From IMG/VR virus record IMGVR_UViG_3300032770_000002, positions 1 to 64,000 of that record: 64,000 bases of DNA. The stretch is one strand, 5' to 3'. Position 1 is the stretch's first letter, and each line of letters begins with the position of its first letter. A model generated the notes under the pieces. It was not told where the DNA came from. It saw nothing but the letters and a program-made list of their open reading frames with translations, and ran no database searches. Positions 54,233 to 63,329 of this stretch are shown here, piece by piece. A program made the translations under genes and the position numbers.

Positions 54233-55248
54233 TAGCTTGCTTGAATGCGAGTTGTAGCTGAATCCTGTGGAAAAAGACCTGCCGTTGGAATGGGTGGGCC
54301 AGTCGGTGACCCGTCATTCCCATTTGGGTGCTGGTGTGTCAACAGATACTGCAGCATAGTGGGCGTCAAGAGCAGGATTGGGTAGCCACTTGCTGAGCCA
54401 ATGGACGCCGCGGCGGTGTTCATGACAAACTGCGGCGCGGTCATTGAAATTTTTCCCTCCTCAACGATGATGCCAGTCGTTCCTTTTCCTGAACCGATCT
54501 GAACTCGGTCTGAGTCAATGCCGATTGTAAAGGCTGTGGATGAGGTGATGGCCACGTTTCCAAGCTCACTGATGGCGATCGTCGCGCCCGTTCCAGTTGT
54601 GATTGTGACTGAGTTGCCCTGGACCGTAATGAGGCAGTTTCCACATGAAAGTGAAAATCGTCCAGTCTTGAGGAGCGTGGACGTTGGCGCGTTGAGAATT
54701 GTCGTCGCCGCGGACACGACCGCGCTGTCAAGGCCTTGGATGACGATGTTTTGGCCAAGGTCGTTAAGTGAGATGCTTTGGCCTTTTGGCGTCTGGATGG
54801 TCGTCTTTCCACCGCTGGCCGCGCCACTCGTTTCAATGACAAGCTGGTGACCTTGCTGCGTGGTTAAGACGACTTGCGTGTCCGAAAATTGGATGCTGTG
54901 GCCATACCGCGTGAGGATGCTTCTGCTTGGCCCACTGTCGTCGTAACTGTGAAGCTTCAATGATTTTCCAACAGGGGCTGTGGCCCACTCCCAGATTGGC
55001 TTTTCTGGTTCACCATCGAGAAACTGAACCCACACGTTGTCTCCAACAGCCGGAAGCCAACTCATTCCACCAGAGCTGTTAGTGTTGCCAAATGGCAGAC
55101 CACGCGGCAAGGCCCACGGCAGGCGGTCTGTCGGGACCTCATTGGCCAACCCATAGACTGCGGGGACCCGGACCTTAAGTCGCCCCATTTGGGTCTGGTC
55201 ACGATTTTCCTCGACCAGACCGCCATAAATTCCATTTAGGTTTGCCAT
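54232..55248 (-). CDS. Baseplate central spike (gp5/Vgr/gpV OB-fold plus beta-helix)
   Basis: GRLKVRVP, LPWA, LPAVGDNVWVQFLDGEPEKPIW; C-terminal HQH...TGPP tip motif. Confidence 0.9.
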   Translation of the reverse strand: MANLNGIYGGLVEENRDQTQMGRLKVRVPAVYGLANEVPTDRLPWALPRGLPFGNTNSSGGMSWLPAVGDNVWVQFLDGEPEKPIWEWATAPVGKSLKLHSYDDSGPSRSILTRYGHSIQFSDTQVVLTTQQGHQLVIETSGAASGGKTTIQTPKGQSISLNDLGQNIVIQGLDSAVVSAATTILNAPTSTLLKTGRFSLSCGNCLITVQGNSVTITTGTGATIAISELGNVAITSSTAFTIGIDSDRVQIGSGKGTTGIIVEEGKISMTAPQFVMNTAAASIGSASGYPILLLTPTMLQYLLTHQHPNGNDGSPTGPPIPTAGLFPQDSATTRIQAS

Positions 55249-55267
55249 TATTTAACTTAGGTATCGT

Positions 55268-56137
55268 ATGATCATTGACGCCGTTAACCCGTGGGGCAAA
55301 GTTGGAAGCAACTTTGAGCCACAACGAAGTGACCTGTGGATTCTCGACTTAACGCCCGTCTACAACGCGATCATCGCTGGAAACTCAGACATCCAGAACC
55401 AGGAAGGACCGCGCTGGTCCGCAAGATTTGGCGTGGCGGCAAGCACGATAGGCGACTTTGCCCGCCAAGTCAACTCACTAGCTGACAAGCGTGACATTCG
55501 TTACTTCGCTCGAGCCGTCTCCATGCCGCAGGTGTCGATAACGCCAGAAGTGGTCTACCGCGACACGCGCCCTTACAACACGCCTGGCTGGGACCAACCG
55601 CCAAGTCCAGGGAGAATGGTCTTCGTTCACGAGGTGCCGACCATCACAAACAATGACGATGACGTGATGCGAAGCAGCATCTACACGCTGCTGTTTCTGT
55701 GGCGCATTTTATCACGGGCCGGTCGTGGTGGAATGTCAACGGAGTTTTCACTTTACCTAGACAAGGATTTCAAGGTGAACTACGGCTTTGACATTCGCAC
55801 GACGTTTCTTTGTGGGCAAGACTTACCACAGGCCGCGGCTGCAACGCCGCAATCGGCGACTGGCACTGACTTCTTTTCAAAGGTTAAAAATTTCGTGTCG
55901 CAACAGGGGTTGGTCAACCCGTTTTCGACGGGCGTTCAACCGTCAAGCCCTGTGCCGACTTCGACAAACATGGACCTTCTGCCAAATGGGCTGAAAGTGT
56001 CCGCCTCCTACGTCTTTAAAAACTGCTGGATTGGCTCGCTCACCGTGGGCCCTGAGCTAAGCTGTGAAGGAGCTCGATTTGTGGAAATTAACGCTGATTT
56101 TTACGCGGACGACGTCCTGCCTGTTCCGTTCTCTTAG
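55268..56137 (+). CDS. Second tail-tube-like protein (gp19/gp48/gp54 family)
   Basis: EPQRSDLWIL, ARAVSMP, YVFKNCWI, EINADFYAD; the opening resembles the tube protein at 43340. Confidence 0.65.
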   Translation: MIIDAVNPWGKVGSNFEPQRSDLWILDLTPVYNAIIAGNSDIQNQEGPRWSARFGVAASTIGDFARQVNSLADKRDIRYFARAVSMPQVSITPEVVYRDTRPYNTPGWDQPPSPGRMVFVHEVPTITNNDDDVMRSSIYTLLFLWRILSRAGRGGMSTEFSLYLDKDFKVNYGFDIRTTFLCGQDLPQAAAATPQSATGTDFFSKVKNFVSQQGLVNPFSTGVQPSSPVPTSTNMDLLPNGLKVSASYVFKNCWIGSLTVGPELSCEGARFVEINADFYADDVLPVPFS

Positions 56138-56346
56138 GAGTGCAAGATTGACGGGTTGCGTTGCGCAGGCTGCGCAGCTTCGGCTTCCTTCTTCTTGGCT
56201 TCAGCCAGCCGCTTGACCAGCGAGACGCCAAAGTTGACTGGAGCCTTTGGCCCGAGCTCTTTGCCAGCTTCCTCGAGCGTCATCGGCGGCTTCTTCGACT
56301 CAAATTGCTTGCAGTGTCGAATGTGTTCAAACAGTCTTTCGCTCAT
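56134..56346 (-). CDS. Hypothetical protein
   Basis: 70 aa, divergent from the primase gene. Confidence 0.5.
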   Translation of the reverse strand: MSERLFEHIRHCKQFESKKPPMTLEEAGKELGPKAPVNFGVSLVKRLAEAKKKEAEAAQPAQRNPSILHS

Positions 56347-56362
56347 ATTCTAAATAGCACAT

Positions 56363-57373
56363 ATGGCAACCGACTACAAGACAATCGTCAGGGACCTGTT
56401 CACGATTGTCCCAGACCGCTGTTCCGGTGACGAGCTTGTCTTCCTGTGTCCACAGTGCGATGACGCCACTGGAAACAGGTCGGTGAATGTCAGCAATGGC
56501 TTGACGAACTGCTGGAAGTGTGGAAATATCCCAGGGCATGCGGGCAACTTCATCTGGTGGTGTCGTCGACTGGGGTTTAATGTCGACGACGTTGCCCCAC
56601 CGCCAGACCTGAGTGAAGCTGAGAAACTTCTGGAGTCAATCAACTCCGAGCCATTTATTCCAAGCGTCGTCAACGTGACGCTCCCAAAGGGCTTCAAAAG
56701 CGTAAGAAAGAACATGTCGTCTGGCTATGTCAAGTTGATTGAGCGGATGGCCAATCGCAAGCGTTTGACGTTGGATGACATGGTCAACGCCGACGTTGGG
56801 TTTACGACGGAGGACTCGCTGTGGGAGCCGTATGCGATTTTTCCAGTCCGTGAGTATGGCCGCCTTGTCTATTATCAAGGCCGAACTTACGTGGACGACT
56901 CGAGCGGTAAAACCAAGCGATTTCCAAATCGCAAGCAGTGCCCATACGGGATGCAGAATTGGGTCTACAACATTGACGCCATACGACTGCGCCAACCTAA
57001 GCTAGTCGTGGCTGTGGAGGCCATTTTAAACGTGCTTTCGCTCGAAAAACTTGGGACGGATTTTACGACGGTATGCGTCTTTAAGCACGCCATCAGCTCA
57101 ATTCAGTTGGCCAAGTTAGCCGCCTTCAACTGCATTGAAGAAGTCTGTGTTCTTTATGACTCAGACTCCACGTTAAATGCGTGGGTTGAAGCTGGGTCCA
57201 AGTTGTCGAACAGGCTGCGTGTTTCGATAGCCAAGATGCCACGTGTCGACGGAAAGAAAACTGACCCAAACGACAACGCTCAGCTCGCCGTCGAGTCGGT
57301 TCAAAAACGAAAACCTTATACGTTAGTGTCTGAACTTGAAGTTTTGTTTGATAGTCTAAGTTCTTTCAATTGA
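56363..57373 (+). CDS. DNA primase (Zn-finger plus TOPRIM)
   Basis: CPQC...CWKC, IFPV...YYQGR, VAVEAILN, LYDSD. Confidence 0.78.
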   Translation: MATDYKTIVRDLFTIVPDRCSGDELVFLCPQCDDATGNRSVNVSNGLTNCWKCGNIPGHAGNFIWWCRRLGFNVDDVAPPPDLSEAEKLLESINSEPFIPSVVNVTLPKGFKSVRKNMSSGYVKLIERMANRKRLTLDDMVNADVGFTTEDSLWEPYAIFPVREYGRLVYYQGRTYVDDSSGKTKRFPNRKQCPYGMQNWVYNIDAIRLRQPKLVVAVEAILNVLSLEKLGTDFTTVCVFKHAISSIQLAKLAAFNCIEEVCVLYDSDSTLNAWVEAGSKLSNRLRVSIAKMPRVDGKKTDPNDNAQLAVESVQKRKPYTLVSELEVLFDSLSSFN

Positions 57374-57409
57374 AGACGTAGTCTCTAGCACACCGCCGCT
57401 TACCTTTTT

Positions 57410-58132
57410 ATGGATGATCAATTGGACAAGGATGGTCTCCCGAAAAATGCACCACCGCTACCCGTTCCGCTTAACCGGCTGAAACCGTTGGGCCAGCGAG
57501 TCGTCATTAAGCTTGTTGACACTGAGGTCAAGACAAAAAATGGCGTCCTCATTCCGAGCAAGATGGACGAGTCTTTTAACCGACTAGGGCGAGTTCTCGC
57601 TGTCGGTGACGGGATTGTCGGTGGCAAGCCGAACCCAATGTTCGTCAAGCCGGGTGACATTTGCTTTTTCCAACTGGAGCGCCTCCACGCCGTCAACTCG
57701 TCTTACGTGGATTCAGAGCATGGGCTTGTCTTCTTTCTCCACAACTTGGACATGATCGGCATCCTCAGTGAGCCATACTTTGACCTCGAGTATTTCCACG
57801 TTGTTGGGTCGTGGGTCCTAGTCAAGGTTGCGTTGCGCAGCATCTTCGCGGACTCAAAGCTCGTGCTCCCGCAAATTGAAAATACGACTCACGAACTGCA
57901 GACTTATACCGTCGTTCAGAAGGGCACCGGAGTCAAGGCTGACTTCCAAATTGGCGATGAAATTGCCCTGACGAGAAGCCGGTGCAATCCGATTTATCTG
58001 GACAGAGATCTCTACGGGTGGATTGAGGAAAAATTCATCCATGGGAGCATGCAGGCTCCCACAAATATCCAGCTCACCGTGAAAGGTGATGCATTAAAGC
58101 GCGCAGGACGAGTTGTCGAATCCAAGGGATAA
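57410..58132 (+). CDS. groES: Co-chaperonin with two tandem GroES-like domains
   Basis: LKPLGQRVVIK...TKNGVLIP...GRVLAVGDG...VKPGD; second copy VVGSWVLVK...SKLVLP...VVQKGTG...QIGDEI. Confidence 0.8.
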   Translation: MDDQLDKDGLPKNAPPLPVPLNRLKPLGQRVVIKLVDTEVKTKNGVLIPSKMDESFNRLGRVLAVGDGIVGGKPNPMFVKPGDICFFQLERLHAVNSSYVDSEHGLVFFLHNLDMIGILSEPYFDLEYFHVVGSWVLVKVALRSIFADSKLVLPQIENTTHELQTYTVVQKGTGVKADFQIGDEIALTRSRCNPIYLDRDLYGWIEEKFIHGSMQAPTNIQLTVKGDALKRAGRVVESKG

Positions 58133-58232
58133 AAACCTTTGGCGATGGCTTGACTGGCAGAGTCGTGTCGATCGAAACAACGAGAATCGGCCGGCCGCTC
58201 AATTGAAGCTCATACAATTTACTCACAGTCAT
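58074..58232 (-). CDS. Possible 52-aa microprotein
   Basis: MTVSKLYELQLSGRPILVVSIDTTLPVKPSPKVFIPWIRQLVLRALMHHLSR, preceded by a TAGTTCTAA motif. Confidence 0.25.
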   Translation of the reverse strand: MTVSKLYELQLSGRPILVVSIDTTLPVKPSPKVFIPWIRQLVLRALMHHLSR

Positions 58233-58324
58233 GCTTAAAGTTAGAACTACGGTTAACTTTTTGTAGTGTTTTAATCGTCTTGGTCGTGATTGAACTTCAA
58301 CAACATTAACACTTAGGCAAAATC

Positions 58325-58885
58325 ATGAATATAGAGCCAACTACTACCGCCACGGTAGCTGAACAACCCATAGTTTGGAAGAAGTTTGAAGACGCCAGAC
58401 CGTATACGTCTGTCATTGGTTTTGCGTTTGACGAGCACGGCCGATTTCCAATCTTTTTTAGGTCAAATAAGGTCAGGAGTGCCAAGAACGCGTGGAGCAT
58501 GCCGTCTGGTCTTCACGAGATTGGACTCCCATTCTGGCACCAGTTCAAGGTGGAACTGAAGGAAGAGCTCAACATTGAGATGGACACAGGCCCAATCCAC
58601 AAGATTGGTTTCTACGAAAACATCATCCGCTCAGTTCCTGGCGAGGACAACTGGCACTGGGTGCTGCTGCTTGTCGCCGCCAAGGTGAAGTCGCTTGGGA
58701 CGCTGATGAACATGGAGCCTGAAAAGCACTCTGACATTCGCGTCGTGACTGTCGACGAGCTTTATAGTCAATACATGGACAAGACTTGGTCGAAAAATCT
58801 CAAGGAAGCCTTGCTTGAGTATCAGCCAGTCGTTCGTCGATTGGTCAAGCCTTCAGAGACGTCACCCAAGGCCGTCACCGTTTAA
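58325..58885 (+). CDS. Nudix hydrolase
   Basis: WSMPSGLHEIG...ELKEELNI Nudix box variant; PEKHSDIRVV. Confidence 0.82.
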   Translation: MNIEPTTTATVAEQPIVWKKFEDARPYTSVIGFAFDEHGRFPIFFRSNKVRSAKNAWSMPSGLHEIGLPFWHQFKVELKEELNIEMDTGPIHKIGFYENIIRSVPGEDNWHWVLLLVAAKVKSLGTLMNMEPEKHSDIRVVTVDELYSQYMDKTWSKNLKEALLEYQPVVRRLVKPSETSPKAVTV

Positions 58886-59958
58886 TGAGATACCTGATCT
58901 ATACGGATTTACAGGCAGGCGAAGGCAGTGAACGGTGTTTCCACGACCCAACTCTGCCGCTCCAACGGTGGCGGGTCAAGCTGTTTTTCGAGGTGCTGTT
59001 GGAGTTATTCGAGGAGGCGTGCTGTGACGGCCTGTGGGACTTAGGTGACACGTTCGACGATCGAAACTCAATCCCTGTTCCGACACTGGACAATTTATTC
59101 GCCTGCCTTGAGTGGTTCAAGGTCACGTGCGACAACAACCTTAAGCTTGTCGGCAACCACGACCAGCATGTAAAATCTGGAAAGGTCCACTCTGGCCGAG
59201 CATTTACCGGAGTGTTTCAGGTCTACGACACGCCTGTTGTCAGGGAAATCTGCGGAGTGCGTGTCCTGCTCTGCCCATATCCTGATGAAGCTTTTGACCT
59301 TGAAACGTGGCTTGATGAGAACCTTCTCAAGGACGGCACGCGCCAACTGGTGCTTGGACACTTTCAAGTGGAAGGGACTCGTGACAGAGATGGTCGCATC
59401 TTGAAAGGTGGCGTGCACGTTGGCATTCTCAAGCGAGCGACGCTGGTCCTGCTTGGCCACGTCCATCACCCACAGTCCATTACGCAGACGATTCACTACA
59501 TTGGGTCGCCATTTCAGCAGGACTTTGGTGAGGCTGGCGAGGACAAGCGCGTGGCTTTGTTGGACCTTCCGGAGCTAACTCTACAGTGGGCGCCGATCTA
59601 CGGATTTCCAGTCTACAAACAAGTCACTATTGACGAATGGCTTAATGTGGTTGATTCAGGGCCTTCTGTGGACATTGGAACTGACGAGGACAGGTATCGC
59701 GTCGTCCTTAACTCACAGGCCGATGTGGAACGCTATTTCAACCATCCCAAGATGCGCCAGGCGAAGCCAATCTATGACGGCATAGCCACACAACTGGCCG
59801 CAAAGTCCGGCGCGACCAAGACTGGCCCAGTGTCATTTGACGCTTCGGACGTCATTCAGCGGTTTTTCAAGCAGCGACCGCCAGCGGAGCTTCATGGCCT
59901 GTCAGCTGATGAATTCCTTCAAGTTGGAGTCGATCTTGTAGCGGATTCGGTTCATTGA
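58885..59958 (+). CDS. sbcD: SbcD/Mre11-like (T4 gp47) nuclease
   Basis: YTDLQ, LGDTFD, VGNHD, LGH, GHVH, YIGSPFQQDFGE. Confidence 0.88.
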   Translation: MRYLIYTDLQAGEGSERCFHDPTLPLQRWRVKLFFEVLLELFEEACCDGLWDLGDTFDDRNSIPVPTLDNLFACLEWFKVTCDNNLKLVGNHDQHVKSGKVHSGRAFTGVFQVYDTPVVREICGVRVLLCPYPDEAFDLETWLDENLLKDGTRQLVLGHFQVEGTRDRDGRILKGGVHVGILKRATLVLLGHVHHPQSITQTIHYIGSPFQQDFGEAGEDKRVALLDLPELTLQWAPIYGFPVYKQVTIDEWLNVVDSGPSVDIGTDEDRYRVVLNSQADVERYFNHPKMRQAKPIYDGIATQLAAKSGATKTGPVSFDASDVIQRFFKQRPPAELHGLSADEFLQVGVDLVADSVH

Positions 59959-60066
59959 TTATGTGCAATGTCGTTGATGTTCAATAGCCGGCGAAGCTGA
60001 ACCAGAATAAAGGTTAGCTAGCCACACGGCCAGGTGGCCTGACACGAACAAACAACGTAAACTCAC

Positions 60067-60633
60067 ATGAACCAAATCAGTGACATTGGCTTCGGCACTG
60101 ACATCAACAAACTGGCCGGTTATGCCACGCGCACAAACGACCGCTTGGGGGTGTTCGAGCTATTAGTCAAGAACATTAGCCCGCCGGTTACCGGCGGACA
60201 AGGTGGTCCTTCAGGTCCTGCCGGCGGAACAACGTCTGGTCCGGTCTTGCGTTTTCAGCTGAAGGAGTATGATGGCATTACCAGCCCATCTGGCTGGAAG
60301 AATGTCGGCAATTACGTGGACATCGTCGCCGGCGGATACAAGACGATCCACGTCAACCTCACGGCCGAAAAGCTGGGCTTCTTCGGTTCTGGATACGATG
60401 GCACCAGCGGCATCGTCTCTGGCGGCGGGGCGACTACTCCCAAAGCGGCTGTGGCAAACGTCAGCGTCGTCATGGACAACAAGTCGGACCTGCGCGGTGC
60501 GCAGATTGACATCGTTGTTGGTGGGCGCAAAGGTTGGGGTTACGACGATGGCTTCGACACTGGCAACCTCATCCCGAAATGGGGCACGGTTGACCAAGCG
60601 AGCGGCAACATTAGCGGGATTAACAGCCCGTAA
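60067..60633 (+). CDS. Abundant virion (decoration-like) protein, tentative
   Basis: A/C-rich unstructured leader like that of the capsid gene; own terminator; Gly-rich beta protein. Confidence 0.5.
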   Translation: MNQISDIGFGTDINKLAGYATRTNDRLGVFELLVKNISPPVTGGQGGPSGPAGGTTSGPVLRFQLKEYDGITSPSGWKNVGNYVDIVAGGYKTIHVNLTAEKLGFFGSGYDGTSGIVSGGGATTPKAAVANVSVVMDNKSDLRGAQIDIVVGGRKGWGYDDGFDTGNLIPKWGTVDQASGNISGINSP

Positions 60634-60667
60634 ATTCCAGTTCGCCAGTTCTAAGGTGATAAGAGCG

Positions 60668-60699
60668 AGGCGAGGGCCTGTGGCGGCCCTCGCCTTTTT
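60668..60699 (+). terminator. Intrinsic terminator
   Basis: AGGCGAGGGCC-TGTGGC-GGCCCTCGCCT-TTTT. Confidence 0.85.
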
Positions 60700-60713
60700 A
60701 GCGTAGTTAACTT

Positions 60714-61121
60714 GTGAAAGACGACCAGTTCCTCACTTACATCATCGAGGCCGATTTAGGCGAACCGAACGTTCAGGCGTATTTCGACCGCCTGATGATG
60801 CGCCTCTTCGAATCACCGCCACTCTTGGCCTCATTTGTCAATGCAGCCACGTTCGAAGATGGTGACGACGTCGTTATCCAGTTGGAGTTCCACCAAGTTC
60901 CGCGAGAGTTCCACCAGGACTTGGCAAAGATCGCCGGTGCTCGAGACGTCCAAGTTGTTGTCTATGAAAAGGACTCGACAACTTACACTGGAATGCAGGT
61001 GAGGTTGAAGAACAACGACCTAGCTCCGAAGATGAACGTGGAGCCTGAGCACGGAGTCATGCCACTTCAACTTACCGGCGGATCAAACAACTTAGGCGGC
61101 GCCCAGGGCAGGGTCGTTTGA
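60714..61121 (+). CDS. Hypothetical protein
   Basis: GTG start after TAGTTAAC. Confidence 0.55.
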   Translation: MKDDQFLTYIIEADLGEPNVQAYFDRLMMRLFESPPLLASFVNAATFEDGDDVVIQLEFHQVPREFHQDLAKIAGARDVQVVVYEKDSTTYTGMQVRLKNNDLAPKMNVEPEHGVMPLQLTGGSNNLGGAQGRVV

Positions 61122-61334
61122 CTGGTCGGTAGCGTTTAAGTAAAGGCACCGATTTCCGAGAAAGTCTAAAATAACCTTCCGCGCAAATTGATGATGAGAC
61201 CGGATATTGACAACGCGATTCTTGGCCATTCGGTCTTCCAACAGAGCTACTTGGCTCCGTGGAATGCGAAAAGCCACAATCTCAGTGTCTTCGCTCTCGT
61301 CTACTTTGGCTCTACTGTGTCTGCTATTAGCCAT
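61092..61334 (-). CDS. Ribbon-helix-helix DNA-binding protein
   Basis: EIVAFRIPRSQVALLE...RSHHQFARKVILDFL fits the beta-alpha-alpha RHH pattern. Confidence 0.6.
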   Translation of the reverse strand: MANSRHSRAKVDESEDTEIVAFRIPRSQVALLEDRMAKNRVVNIRSHHQFARKVILDFLGNRCLYLNATDQSNDPALGAA

Positions 61335-61362
61335 GGACTACATTTAATACGATCTTTGGTCG

Positions 61363-61396
61363 TTGTAAACTGTTTTTTGTAAACTTTTTTGTAAAC
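61363..61396. repeat. Triple direct repeat TTGTAAAC (GTTTACAA on the minus strand); candidate operator
   Basis: Copies at 61363, 61377 and 61389, between the divergent RHH and portal genes. Confidence 0.7.
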
Positions 61397-61397
61397 A

Positions 61398-63329
61398 ATG
61401 AATCTTAAGTCTGTAGGGCTCCAAGTTTTCAGCACGCTCGGGATGATTGGAACGCCCGCTTCGCGTGACATGCTTATTCCACGTGCTGCGACCCCAGACG
61501 CTGAACAAGGACTGACCAAAGAGTTCCTCGAGATGGGGACCGTGGCCAATCCAGACATCTGGGCACGGTATGCCCAAGTGATGAAAGCGCCGGCAAATTA
61601 CCGGCAAATGCTTAACACGTGGGAGGAGATGTCCAGTTGGGACCTGCTTGCCGCGGTCCTCCAGGAACTTTGTGAGGAAGCCATCAATTGGGACCAGTTT
61701 AACCCAGGCCCAATCTGGTATGAGTCAAATGACCGTGAATTTACAGCTGACTTAAACCGCATGGCGAAGCGGGTCGACGTTGAGTCAATCGCATTCAGTC
61801 AAGCTCATGGAATTGCGGCGCTTGGAAATCACTTTGAGCGCATTCACTACGCCCGTGGTGAGGGCGTCCAAGGACTGTCATTCATCCCAGCTCACCAGAT
61901 TCGACGCTACTGGCTTGAACGCAATCGTCGCTGCATCGGCTTTATGTGGGACCAGCACAAGCCAGATAAGGAGAGCGTGTGGGCAGGTCCTGACAACGCG
62001 ACGCCCATTGAGCGCGTTGCGATCAACAAAAACGGCCACCTTGAGGAGCTGTGGTATCCATTCGACATCTTGCACTTTCGCCGCCTCGCCAGAAACCGAG
62101 AGACTGAACATGGTGAGCCCATCTGTGCGGAAGCCGAAGGCATCTATCGAAAGCTGCGAATGGGCCTTGACCAGATGGTCGTTCACCGGTGCCAGGTTCA
62201 GCCCGACCGATACGTCATTAACATTGACACGCAAGAGCAACCGCCGACAGAGCAGATCAAGACGGTCAATGCGTGGCGGCGGTCGATGCGTTCACGCCAG
62301 TCATTCGGCCAGGGCGGCGGGACCAACCTCAGTGACCCAACAGACTTTCGGTCATTCTACAACCCACTCGCGTTGGACACCATTCTGTGGGTGGCGAAGC
62401 CAAAAGGATTTGAGCACTCGATTACCAAACTTGGCGGAACGACACAAGTTCCTGACGTCTATGACCTCGAGCTGCTGACCGACCTATTTTTTTCGATTGT
62501 TGGCGCGCCGAAGATGTGGTTCGGCCTTGGGTCAAAAGATGGCGAGAACCCACCTTCTGGCCGAGCGTTGCTTGCGTCAGACATTCGCTCACTGCGCAAG
62601 GTTCGGTCGATTCGCCGCCCGCTTCTTGCCGGTTACCTGTGGCTTGGCTACTTCCACGCTGTGCTGCGTGGCAAGGACCCAAGGGAGTTGACGATTAACG
62701 TCAAGATGAGCGACATCGGCGGCCTCGAGGACCAGATGAAGCTCGAGCTGTTGAACTCAAAGGCCGAACTTCTCGCCTCGCTCGGCGGTGTGATGGAGCA
62801 ATATAACTTGCCAAAAGACGCTTGGATTGACTTGGTCTTTCGCCGCTACCTTCACCTCCCTGATGAGGTGGTCAACACGTTCTTGACTGCGCTGCCTTCA
62901 CCAATGCAGCCCATGGAGATGGAGTCCATCGCCAGTGGCCAGTTCAAGAACGTTTCGACGCGAGCGTTGCTTGACGCGATCGACATTCAAATTCGCAACA
63001 ACCCCAGGTGCCGCGGTCTAGTTCGTCAGATCAAACAGCTGGTTGAAGGTGAGGAGGACGGCTTGACCCCGCTTCCACGCTACGAGTCAGTCGAAGACGT
63101 CCTGTCAATGGGTCAAACCTTGAACGAGGAAGTCGTCAAGTCACCTGAAGACAGCTATCGCCTCAGCTTGATTGAACGCAACGACAACGCCGCGTCAGAC
63201 GCGAAGCGTAAAATCCACTTCCTCCAAGACTCAAAGATGACAAATGGCAACGGTTCCCAGAAGACGGTCTGGGAGTCAACGAGCTGGCGCAAGTTCATGC
63301 CGAAGCGGACCACGCAACTTCACGGATGA
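61398..63329 (+). CDS. Portal protein (T4 gp20-like)
   Basis: DILHFRR, GEPI..EA..IYRKL, PDRYVINID, YNPL...LWV, ITKLGG, GAPKMWFG. Confidence 0.88.
   Translation: MNLKSVGLQVFSTLGMIGTPASRDMLIPRAATPDAEQGLTKEFLEMGTVANPDIWARYAQVMKAPANYRQMLNTWEEMSSWDLLAAVLQELCEEAINWDQFNPGPIWYESNDREFTADLNRMAKRVDVESIAFSQAHGIAALGNHFERIHYARGEGVQGLSFIPAHQIRRYWLERNRRCIGFMWDQHKPDKESVWAGPDNATPIERVAINKNGHLEELWYPFDILHFRRLARNRETEHGEPICAEAEGIYRKLRMGLDQMVVHRCQVQPDRYVINIDTQEQPPTEQIKTVNAWRRSMRSRQSFGQGGGTNLSDPTDFRSFYNPLALDTILWVAKPKGFEHSITKLGGTTQVPDVYDLELLTDLFFSIVGAPKMWFGLGSKDGENPPSGRALLASDIRSLRKVRSIRRPLLAGYLWLGYFHAVLRGKDPRELTINVKMSDIGGLEDQMKLELLNSKAELLASLGGVMEQYNLPKDAWIDLVFRRYLHLPDEVVNTFLTALPSPMQPMEMESIASGQFKNVSTRALLDAIDIQIRNNPRCRGLVRQIKQLVEGEEDGLTPLPRYESVEDVLSMGQTLNEEVVKSPEDSYRLSLIERNDNAASDAKRKIHFLQDSKMTNGNGSQKTVWESTSWRKFMPKRTTQLHG

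Noticed and set aside
27874-55248. Extracellular contractile injection system (Afp/PVC) rather than phage
   Set aside because: Portal, prohead protease, major capsid and replication genes are present, so this is a phage tail.
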